DNA from: an uncultured Solirubrobacteraceae bacterium
GTDB taxonomy: Bacteria; Actinomycetota; Thermoleophilia; Solirubrobacterales; Solirubrobacteraceae
Length of the DNA: 64,000 nucleotides
Assembly (NCBI GenBank): GCA_963723265.1
Contig: CAVRPY010000004.1
Span: 167,063-231,062, forward strand
Direction: 5' to 3'
Shown here: one piece after another, positions 31,763 to 45,565 of the stretch
How the letters are laid out: the number at the start of each line of letters is the position of its first letter
Position numbering within the stretch: the first letter of the stretch is position 1
Program-made: the position numbers and the translations under genes
The notes under the pieces: generated by a model
The model's database searches: none
What the model saw: the letters and a program-made list of their open reading frames with translations, nothing else
Told to the model about the DNA's origin: nothing

Positions 31763-32034
31763 CCCTGCTGTGGATCGGGGACGCCGTGCTGCTGCTCGTC
31801 GTCCTGCCGGTCGTGATCGTCCTGCTGCGCGGTGTGCTGAGCGCCGTGAACCGCATCGCCCCGGCCGTCGAGCAGATCGGCACCGCCGCAGCCGCGCTGT
31901 CGCGTGACCTGGACGCGGCACCCGCACTGCTGACCACCCAGGACCAGGTCAGCCGCACGCTGGCCGGGATCGCCGACTACGGCGGCTCGCTGGACGTGAT
32001 CCTCGACGACGCGCCCGAGGAGGTGCCGGCATGA
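31759..32034 (+). CDS. Small single-TM + helical protein 4
   Basis: 91 aa; GAGGAGG RBS; ATGA overlap. Confidence 0.8.
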   Translation: MTLLWIGDAVLLLVVLPVVIVLLRGVLSAVNRIAPAVEQIGTAAAALSRDLDAAPALLTTQDQVSRTLAGIADYGGSLDVILDDAPEEVPA

Positions 32035-32621
32035 ACGCCGCCGAGGTCGTGCTGATCGTCGCCGTGGTGGCGATCATCGTCGCGATGGCGGCGTTCCTGC
32101 TGCCGGTCATCGCCGGCCTGGTAGGGGTCAACCGGGGCCTGGACGCCGCGATCGGCTCGGTCGGGGAGATCATCGAGAAGACCGCGCCGGTCAACGGGAT
32201 CGTCGAGTCGATCAACAGCGACCTCGACACCGCCGTCAGCGCGCTGGAGGGCCTGCTGGTCAAGAAGGCGGGCCTGTCGGACGCGATGGGCCTGATCGAG
32301 GGCCTGTACCCGGGCGCCGCCGCGCAGGGGTTGCGCGACGTCCCCGGCAGCGCGACGACCCGGGCGCCGCGCATCGGCGAGGTCTACACGCGCGGCGTGC
32401 TGACGCTCGCCCGCCTGGGCCGCGAGGCCCCGATCGCCGCCGCCAGCCCCAACGGCCCGGCGCTGCGCAACCCCGCCTACGGGGCGCATGCGGCGATGGT
32501 GCTGTACCCCGACGGCCGCCAGGAGCGGCCGCAGCGGATGCCCCGCTCGCCGATCATCGGCACCGACGCGCCCGTCCAGTACCCCGAGAGGAGCCTCGAT
32601 GCAGACGCCAGCGCCGTTTGA
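32031..32621 (+). CDS. Single-TM + helical protein 5 with Pro-rich C-terminal extension
   Basis: 196 aa; GGAGG RBS; ATGA overlap; 3' end overlaps the start of coxM copy 2. Confidence 0.8.
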   Translation: MNAAEVVLIVAVVAIIVAMAAFLLPVIAGLVGVNRGLDAAIGSVGEIIEKTAPVNGIVESINSDLDTAVSALEGLLVKKAGLSDAMGLIEGLYPGAAAQGLRDVPGSATTRAPRIGEVYTRGVLTLARLGREAPIAAASPNGPALRNPAYGAHAAMVLYPDGRQERPQRMPRSPIIGTDAPVQYPERSLDADASAV

Positions 32622-33491
32622 CTACGAGCGGGCCACCAGCGTCGAGGGCGCGATCGCCGCGCTGCAGCGCCTGGGGCCCGAGGCGCGCGTCATCGCCGGT
32701 GGCCACAGCCTGCTGCCGATGATGAAGCTGCGCCTGGCCAACCCCGAGCCACCTGATCGACATCAACGGGCTGGAGGGCGAGCTGTCCTACATCCGTGAC
32801 GCGGGCGACGCACATCGCCATCGGCGCGCTGGCCCGCCACGTCGACCTGCAGCGCTCCGAGCTGCTGGCCCAGTGGTTCCCGATGTTCGCCGAGGCCGAG
32901 CAGGTGATCGCCGACCCGGTCGTGCGCAACCGCGGCACGATCGGCGGCTCGCTGTGCCAGGCCGACCCGGCCGAGGACCTGTCCGCCGTCTGCTCGGCGC
33001 TGAGGGCCAGGTGGTGATCCGCGGCGCCGACGGGCGAGCGCGGTCGTCGGCATGGACGAGTTCCACGCGGGGCCGTACGAGACCGCGGTCGGCCGCCGGC
33101 GAGATGCTGACCGAGGTGCGGCTGCCCGAACCGGCCGGGCGGGGGCAGCGCCTACGAGAAGGTCGAGCGGCGCGCCGGCGACTGGGCGGTCGCCGCCGCG
33201 TCGGCCGCCGTCGTGGCTGGACGGCGGCGCGATCGCCGACGTCGGCATCGGGCTGAGCCGCGCGTCGGGGCCGACGACGATCCACGTCGCGCCGGGCCGA
33301 GGAGCTGCTGCGCGGCAGGCCACCGACCGAGGAGCTGTTCGCGCAGGCGGCGCGGATCGCCGCCGCAGGACTGCATCGCCGATGCGCCGACCAGCGCGGC
33401 CCGGTCGACTACAAGCGCCACCTGGCCGGCGAGCTGACCCAGCGGGCGCTGCGCCGGGCGGCGGCCCGCGCGCTGCAGCCAGGAGGCCTGA
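32599..33491 (+). CDS. coxM: CO dehydrogenase medium (FAD) subunit, copy 2 (indels)
   Basis: MQTPAPFDYERA, AGGHSLLPMMKLR, IADPVVRNRGTIGG, AYEKVERRAGDW, DYKRHLA. Confidence 0.85.
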
Positions 33492-33492
33492 G

Positions 33493-33973
<481 letters not shown>

Positions 33974-33975
33974 GC

Positions 33976-36357
<2,382 letters not shown>

Positions 36358-36361
<4 letters not shown>

Positions 36362-37284
36362 CGCAGGCCACCGGGGATCCGGCGGGCGAGCTGCGCCAGC
36401 TGGTGCCCGACGTCGAGACGCTCGCCAGGCGACTGGCGAGCGTCGACTACCTGGTCGACGAGGGCCTGGCCACCGGCATGTTCCTCAGCCTGCGCCTGCC
36501 CCAGCCGCTGCTGCTGGAGGGCGAGGCGGGCGTCGGCAAGACCGAGGCGGCCAAGGCGCTGGCCCAGGTGCTCGACACGCCGCTGGTCCGCCTGCAGTGC
36601 TACGAGGGCATCGACGCCGCCGAGGCGCTGTACGAGTGGAACTACCCGCGCCAGCTGCTGGGCATCCGCCTGGCCGAGGCGTCGGACCGGCAGCTCGGCG
36701 AGGACGGACCTGTTCGGGCCCGACTACCTGATCGCCCGGCCGCTGCTGCGTGCCCTTCAGCACCCGGGCCCGCGCCCGGCGGTGCTGCTGATCGACGAGA
36801 TCGACCGCGCCGACGACGAGTTCGAGGCGTTCCTGTTGGAGCTGCTGGCCGAGGCGGCGGTGACGCATCCCCGAGCTCGGGCACGATCCGGGCCACGCCA
36901 CCCGCCGGCGATCGTGCTGACCTCCAACCGCACGCGCGACCTGCACGACGCGCTCAAGCGCCGCTGCCTGTACCACTGGATCGACTACCCGTCGCCGGCC
37001 CGCGAGGTCGAGATCATCCGCCGGCGCGTGCCGGCGGCGCGGCGGCGACGCTGGCCGTCCAGGTGGCCGCCGCGGTCGGCCGCGCTGCGCGACGCCGACC
37101 TGCAGAAGCCGCCGGGCATCGCCGAGGCGATCGACTGGGTGGCCGCGCTGGAGCTGCTCGGCGTGGAGGCGCCTCGACGCCGAGGCGATCGACCGCACGC
37201 TGGGCACCGTGCTGAAGTACGCCGAGGACCAGGAGCTGGTGCGCGCGGGCGGCCTCGGGCAGCTCGGCGGGAGGCGACCGGTGA
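36358..37284 (+). CDS. coxD: MoxR-family AAA+ ATPase (indels)
   Basis: LLLEGEAGVGKT, RLQCYEG, YEWNY, LLIDEIDRAD.EFEAFLLE, TSNRTRDLHDALKRRCLYHW. Confidence 0.88.
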
Positions 37285-38642
37285 GCGAGCCGTGCCGCGT
37301 GCGCACCGTCGAGCTCGACCTGCCGGCGTTGGCCGGCGCCTTCGCGCGCCGACTGCACGAGGCCGGCGTCCCGGTGACCGCCGAGCGCGCCGCCCGCTTC
37401 GCCGCAGGCGCTCGACGCTGACGCGGCCCGTGTCCCGGCGGCGCCTGTACTGGACGGCGCGCGCGGTCGCTCGTCTCCAGCCGCGCCCAGGTCCCCGCGT
37501 TCGACGCCGTCTTCGCCGAGGTGTTCGGCTCGCCACGCCGACGACGATGCGCCGCTGGAGATCGAGGAGCTCGATCGCACCGCCGCCGCCCGCGAGGAGC
37601 GCCCGGAGTGGAGCCGCCCGCCGCGGGCGGCGCCGGAGAGCGAGCCCGGCTCGAGCGCGGAGCCCGCCGGCCCCGGCTCGGGCGACCGCGAGGCGCCCGA
37701 CCGCGAGGTCCTGGTGCCGACGCTGGCCAGCGCCGACGAGGTGCTGCGCGACCAAGCGACTTCGACGCGATCGAGGCCGACGAGCTGGCCCGGCTGCGGC
37801 GCCTGATGGCCCGCCTGCGCATCGCCACCGCCGGCGCGGCGCACCCGCCGTCGCGTCCGCGACCGCCGCGGCGCGCGCATCGACGTGCGCGGCACGCTGC
37901 GCGGCGCGCTGCGCACCGGGGGCGAGCCGCTGCGCCTGGCCCGGCGCAGTCGACGCGTCGAGCCGCGGCGGCTGGTGCTGCTGCTGGACATCTCCGGCTC
38001 GATGGAGCCCTACGCGCGCGCCTACCTGCAGTTCCTCAGCTGCGCGGCCGGCGCCGGCACGCGCACGCGAGGCCTTCGTGTTCGCCACCCGCCTCACCCG
38101 CGTCACGCGGGCGCTGCGCGGCGGCACGCCCCGAGCGGGCGCTGCAGCGCGCCGCCGACGCCGCCCCCGACTGGTCGTCGGGCACGCGCATCGGCGATGC
38201 GCTGCGCACCTTCAACGACCGCCACGGGCGCCGCGGCCTGGCCCGCGGCGCGGTCGTGGTGATCCTGTCCGACGGCTGGGAGCGCGGCGATCCGGCCGTG
38301 GTCGGGCGCGAGATGGAGCGGCTGGCGCGGCTGGCCCACCGGATCGTGTGGGTCAACCCGCGCGTGGCGGCCAGCGGCTTTCAGCCGCGCGCCGGCGGGA
38401 TGGCCGCCGCGCTGCCCCACTGCGACGCGCTCGTCTCCGGCCACACGGTGGCCGCGCTGGACGCCGTGCTGGCCGCGATCGCCGGCGACGAGCCCAGCGC
38501 CGACGCGGTCCCGCCCGAGCCCGAGCACGAGCCCGAGCACGAGCCGTGGGCCAGCGCGACGCCGGTGCCCGGCAGCTCGGTGGCGATGCCCAGCGGCTAC
38601 GGCCCCAGCCGCGGGCGCACGACCCCGGGATGGACCCGATGA
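37281..38642 (+). CDS. coxE: VWA-domain CODH maturation protein (indels)
   Basis: MIDAS DISGSM, FVFATRLT, WSSGTRIG, ILSDGW, VWVNP. Confidence 0.87.
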
Positions 38643-38818
38643 CCGAGCCGCCCAAGACCTGCATCTACCCGGGCTGCGAGCGCCCGGCCGTGCCGCCGCA
38701 CCCGCTGGGCGGCCCGCAGCCGGCGTTCTGCGACCGCGAGGACCACAACGCGCTCACCGCCCACCAGGAGCGCGTGCGCCGTGCCAACCAGGAGGAGAGG
38801 AGCCAGAACCGTGGCTGA
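38639..38818 (+). CDS. 59-aa Cys/His-rich putative metal-binding protein
   Basis: MTEPPKTCIYPGCERP...AFCDREDHNALTAHQER; ATGA overlap with coxE and overlap with the next gene. Confidence 0.7.
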   Translation: MTEPPKTCIYPGCERPAVPPHPLGGPQPAFCDREDHNALTAHQERVRRANQEERSQNRG

Positions 38819-39257
38819 CGAGGCCTACCGCGCGGTCTTCCTGCGCGTGCATCCCACCGGCAAGATGGTGCTGAGCCTGACCACCGAGCCCGACGGCAAC
38901 GAGGGCGGCTACGCCCGCCGGGTGGCCGAGCGCCTGGGCGTCCCGCCGCTGGACGTCAAGGTCGTGCCCGCCGACACCAACCGCTTCGGGGTCGGCCATG
39001 GCTTCAACACCGCCCCCTCCCCCGGTGTCGGCGCGGCGATCGACTCCACCAGCGAGCGGATCCTGGCCAAGGCGCGCCTGCTGGCGGGTGCCGAGCTGCA
39101 GACGCCGCCCGACGAGCTGACCTGGGCCGACGGCGCCTTCGGCGCCGCGGGCCAGACGCGCACGATCGCCGACGTGGCCATGTACGCGCACGGCACCGGC
39201 GAGCTCCCGCCCGGCGTCGAGGGCGGCCTGGACGCGCAGACGGTGTACCGCGACTGA
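38811..39257 (+). CDS. Stand-alone degenerate CoxL molybdopterin-binding sub-domain (148 aa)
   Basis: Colinear with CoxL from LRVHP.GK to GGLDAQ..Y; GAGGAG RBS; intact frame. Confidence 0.8.
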   Translation: MADEAYRAVFLRVHPTGKMVLSLTTEPDGNEGGYARRVAERLGVPPLDVKVVPADTNRFGVGHGFNTAPSPGVGAAIDSTSERILAKARLLAGAELQTPPDELTWADGAFGAAGQTRTIADVAMYAHGTGELPPGVEGGLDAQTVYRD

Positions 39258-39258
39258 C

Positions 39259-39804
39259 ATGGCGATCACCCCCGGCACCTACCGCTTCGGCCCCGAGCAG
39301 GCCACCCTCACCGTCCACACGCGCAAGGGCGGCGCCGCCGCCAAGGCCGGCCACGACCTGACCATCGACGTGACGTCCTGGTCGGCCACGCTGCGGGTCG
39401 GCGACGCCTCCTCGCTGGAGCTGACCGCCGACGCCGACTCGCTGCGCGTGCGCGAGGGACACGGCGGCATGATGGCGCTCGGCGACGAGGAGACGGCCAG
39501 CATCGACCAGTCGATGCGCGAGGAGGTGCTCAAGGGCACCGCGATCGCCTACCGCTCCCAGCGCGTCGACGCCGACGGCGACGGCGGCCTGCACGTCGAG
39601 GGCGAGCTGGAGCTCAACGGCCGCCGCGCCCCCGTGGCCTTCGACCTGCGACTCGACGACGGGCGCCTGCGCGGCGACGCGACGGTCACCCAGACGGCGT
39701 TCGGCATGAAGCCCTACTCGGCCCTGTTCGGGACGCTCAAGGTGCAAGACGACGTGCGCGTCGAGGTCGACGCGGCGCTTCCCCAAGGAGACACAGATGG
39801 TTGA
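39259..39804 (+). CDS. YceI-family (polyisoprenoid/quinone-binding) protein, no signal peptide
   Basis: PGTYRF...GHDL...GELELNG...TQTAFGMKPYS...LKVQDDVRVEVD beta-barrel pattern. Confidence 0.75.
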   Translation: MAITPGTYRFGPEQATLTVHTRKGGAAAKAGHDLTIDVTSWSATLRVGDASSLELTADADSLRVREGHGGMMALGDEETASIDQSMREEVLKGTAIAYRSQRVDADGDGGLHVEGELELNGRRAPVAFDLRLDDGRLRGDATVTQTAFGMKPYSALFGTLKVQDDVRVEVDAALPQGDTDG

Positions 39805-40216
39805 GCTGGACCACACGTTCGCCACCGGGCCCGACACCTGGGCGACGATCACCGATCTCGAGAAGGTCGTGCCGTGCGTCGAGGGCGGGCGCGTGCTCGA
39901 GCCCGTCAGCGACGAGGAGGTCAAGGCCGAGATCGTCGTGAAGATGGGCGCGATGTCGATGACCTTCACCGGCACCGTCACGCTGGTCGAGCGCGACGAC
40001 GCCGCCCGCCACGCCGTCATGAAGGTGCGCTCCAGGGAGAAGGGCGGCCAGGGCTTCGCCAACGCCGAGGTCACCTTCGACCTCGACGGCGACGGCGGCA
40101 CGCTGCACACCGCGGCGCAGATCAGCGGCAAGGCCGCCTCCATGGGCGAGGGCGTCGTGCAGAGCGTGCTCGACGCGCTGATCACGGACTTCACCGGGAA
40201 GCTGGCCAGCGCTTGA
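39797..40216 (+). CDS. coxG: CoxG/SRPBCC protein without C-terminal membrane anchor
   Basis: W..ITDLEKVVPCVEG, VKMG....TFTG, ISGKAASMG.GV...V...L...F; 139 aa, no hydrophobic tail. Confidence 0.82.
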   Translation: MVELDHTFATGPDTWATITDLEKVVPCVEGGRVLEPVSDEEVKAEIVVKMGAMSMTFTGTVTLVERDDAARHAVMKVRSREKGGQGFANAEVTFDLDGDGGTLHTAAQISGKAASMGEGVVQSVLDALITDFTGKLASA

Positions 40217-40494
40217 TCAAGACGATGCGTGCGGTGGAGGCGGGCGAGGTCCCGCCCGGAGCCGGGACCGCGGTCCAGGAGGACCCCGCGCGCCCGGTGT
40301 TCACCGGCCACGGCGACGACGACTACGCGTGTGTGTCGTGCGGGACGGTGCTGGCCGCGAGCATGGACCCGGCCTACATCAGCAAGCGCGTGCGCATCAA
40401 GTGCGCACGCTGCCGCACCGTCAACGTCGTCGCCGTCGACGAGTCGGTCGACCCGCGCACGCTGCGCGGCTTCGGGCCCAAGGGCGTGTCCTGA
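40213..40494 (+). CDS. Small zinc-ribbon protein (CxxC...CxxC)
   Basis: [10 protein letters not shown]...[10 protein letters not shown]; TTG overlaps the coxG stop (alternative ATG 40225); stop 1 nt before coxL copy 2. Confidence 0.72.
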   Translation: MIKTMRAVEAGEVPPGAGTAVQEDPARPVFTGHGDDDYACVSCGTVLAASMDPAYISKRVRIKCARCRTVNVVAVDESVDPRTLRGFGPKGVS

Positions 40495-40495
40495 G

Positions 40496-42870
<2,375 letters not shown>

Positions 42871-42874
<4 letters not shown>

Positions 42875-43774
42875 TGAAGCCCGACCGGACGCAGCAGGCG
42901 TCGCAGCTGATCGCCCAGCGGGAGCCGTTCGTGTACGCGACGGTGGTGCGGGCTGCCCCGCCGACGAGCGTGCGCGCGGGCGACGCGGCGCTGGTGCGCC
43001 GCGACGGCGCGATCGACGGGTTCGTCGGGGGCGTGTGCGCGGAGGCGTCGGTGCGCCGCTACGCCGAGCAGACGCTGGCCACCGGCAAGGCGCTGCTGCT
43101 GCGCCTGGAGCCCAGCGCCGGCGAGGAGCGCGTCGAGGACGACCGCGACGGGCATGGTCGTCGCCGCACAACCCCTGCCTGAGCGGCGGGTCGCTGGAGA
43201 TCTTCCTGGACCCGCAGCTGCCGCCGCCCGGCTGCTGATCGCGGGCGACATGCCGATCGCCCGCGCGCTGGAGGGGATCGGTCGAGCGGCCGGCTACGAC
43301 GTCCGCGCGGCGAGCCGGGGGCGCTCGCGCCGTCCGCCGCCGACGACGCGGTCGTCGTCGCCTCCCACGGCCGTGACGAGGAGGGCGTGCTGACGCGGGC
43401 CCTGGAGGCCGGCGTGCCCTACGTCGCGCTGGTCGCCTGCCCCCGGCGCGGGGCGGCGGTGCTCGCCTCGCTGGACGTCAGCGACGAGCAGCGCGCCCGC
43501 GTGCACACCCCCGCCGGGCTGGACATCGACGCGCGCTCCCCGGCCGAGATCGCCATCTCGGTGCTGGCGCAGGTCGTCGCGCTGCGCGGCGAGCGGCGCG
43601 TGCCCGCCGAGGCGGCCGACCGCCCCGCCGGCGCTCGCCGTCGATCCGATCTGCGGGATGGAGGTGGTGGCCAGCGAGGCGAGCGTCCACCTCGACCATG
43701 ACGGCGAGCGCTTCTACTTCTGCTGCGAGGGCTGCCGGGAGCGCTTCGTGCAGCGCCAGGCCGAGCATGCCTAG
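42871..43774 (+). CDS. XdhC/CoxF/CoxI-family Moco chaperone with C-terminal YHS domain (indels)
   Basis: ATVVR...GFVGGVCAE, NPCLSGG.LEIF, VASHG, HTPAGLDI.A.SPAEIAIS, then DPICGM...FYFCCEGC. Confidence 0.85.
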
Positions 43775-44345
43775 CGTCGCCGGCCTCGTGCTGGCGGCCG
43801 GCGGCTCCTCGCGGCTGGGCCGACCCAAGCAGCTGCTGCCCTTCGGCGAGGCGACCCTGCTGGACCACGTGCTCGGCGTCGCGCGGTCCTGCGCCTTCGA
43901 TCAGCTGCTGTGCGTGGTCGGCGGCGGCGCCGACCGGGTGCGCGCCACGGTCGACCTGTCGGGCGTCGAGGTGGTCGAGAACCCGGCGTACGGCACGGGC
44001 TGCTCGTCGTCGATCGCGGCGGCGCTGGGGGCCGTCGATCCCGACGCCGACGTGCTCGTGCTGCTGCTGGGCGATCAGCCGGGCGTGACCCGCGCCTCGG
44101 TCGACGCCCTGCTGGCCGGACGCGGCGACGCGCTGCTGGCCGCCTGCCGCTACGACGACGGCCGCGGCCACCCGCTGGCGTTCGCGCGCGCGGCGTTCGG
44201 CGAGCTGGCGGCGCTGCACGGGGACAAGGGCGTGTGGCGGCTGCTGGACCGCCGCGCCGGCGAAGTCGCCGACGTGCGCGTGGCCGGTCCCGTGCCCCGC
44301 GACGTCGACACATGGGAGGACTACGGGGCGCTGACGCGCACGTAA
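43767..44345 (+). CDS. mocA: Molybdenum cofactor cytidylyltransferase (MocA-like)
   Basis: LAAGGSSRLGRPKQLL, LGDQP, GHP, GDKG, DVDTWEDY; MCD is the CODH cofactor. Confidence 0.82.
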   Translation: MPSVAGLVLAAGGSSRLGRPKQLLPFGEATLLDHVLGVARSCAFDQLLCVVGGGADRVRATVDLSGVEVVENPAYGTGCSSSIAAALGAVDPDADVLVLLLGDQPGVTRASVDALLAGRGDALLAACRYDDGRGHPLAFARAAFGELAALHGDKGVWRLLDRRAGEVADVRVAGPVPRDVDTWEDYGALTRT

Positions 44346-44355
44346 GCTGCCCGCG

Positions 44356-45565
44356 GTGAGCGAAGCGGCGGCGGAGGGCAAGCGCGTCTCCTGGGTCGAG
44401 CTGTACCTCGACCTGATCTATGCGCTGGCGGTCGGCCAGCTCGCGGGCGTCATCGAGCGTGACGCATCGATGGGCGGCGTGTGGACCGCGCTGGGGCTGT
44501 TCGCTGTGCTGTGGTGGACGTGGATCGGCTTCGCCGTCCAGTACAACCGCGACGGCGGCGACGACTGGCGCGAGCGGCTGCTGTTCCTCGTCGCCAGCGT
44601 GCCCACAGGCGTGGCGGCGGTGGCGATCGAGCCCGCCTCCGAGGGCCACGTGACCGCCTTCGCGATCGCCATGATCGGCGTGCGCCTGGTCCTGGCCTGC
44701 GGGCCGTTCCTGGGTAGCGACTGGCGCTCGGCGCTGGCCCTGCGCGTCACCCGCGCCTACCTGGTGTCGGCGGCGCTGTTCGCCGTGTCGCTCGCGCTGG
44801 ACGGTCCCGGCCGCTACGTGCTGTGGGGCGTGGCGGTGCTCGGCGAGTCGGGCGCGCTGCTGAGCAGCCGGCGCAGCCACCGCGCCGGCCGGCGTGAGCG
44901 GCACGAGAAGCGCCCGCCGGACCTGCGTGACCTCGCCCCCGCCGATCCGCGCGAGGCGCTGGACCCGCACCATCTGGCCGAGCGCTTCGGCCTGTTTCTG
45001 ATCATCCTGCTCGGCGAGCTGGTCATCTCGGCCGGCGAGACCTCGATCGAGGACCACGTCGGGACGGCCGGCGGCTGGGGCGGACTGGTGGCCGGCATGA
45101 TCCTCGGCGCGGCGCTGTGGTGGCTGTACTTCAACGCGGCGGCGGAGATCAACCTGCGCATGCTGGAGCTGTCGGGCGGCTCGCCGCGCGATCGCGCGGG
45201 CGCTGTTTGCCGTCGGCCACATGACCCCCGCCTTCTCGCTGCTGCTGATCGCTGCGGGGGTCGCGCTGCTGCTGGGCGAGGGCGAGGCCGGCTCCGGCTA
45301 CTGGCTGTGCAGCGTCGGCCTGGGCGTGTACGTGACCGGCACGCGTGTGTTCTTCGGCACGTCCAGCCGTCTGGGCCGTGCGCTGCGCGTGCTGGTGGTG
45401 GTCGCGACGTTCTGGCTCGGCTGGCTGCACCACGTCGCGTCGCCGCACGTGTACCTGTGGATCGTCGCGCTGTGGGCGGTCGGCTGCGCGCTGCTGGCCC
45501 GGTCGGGCGGAGTCGCGTTCGACGAGCAGCTGGCTAGGGCGCGGGACGCACTGCGCTTGGGCTGA
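44356..45565 (+). CDS. Low-temperature requirement A (LtrA)-like membrane protein (frameshift near 45190)
   Basis: VSWVELYLDLIY, WWTW, HLAERFGLFLIILLGE, LWWLYF. Confidence 0.8.

Noticed and set aside
30895-32621. Five small TM genes as pilins, WXG100/type VII substrates or phage holins
   Set aside because: There is no prepilin G|F...E cleavage motif, no WXG motif, and no phage or secretion genes nearby; they are translationally coupled to coxM on both sides.
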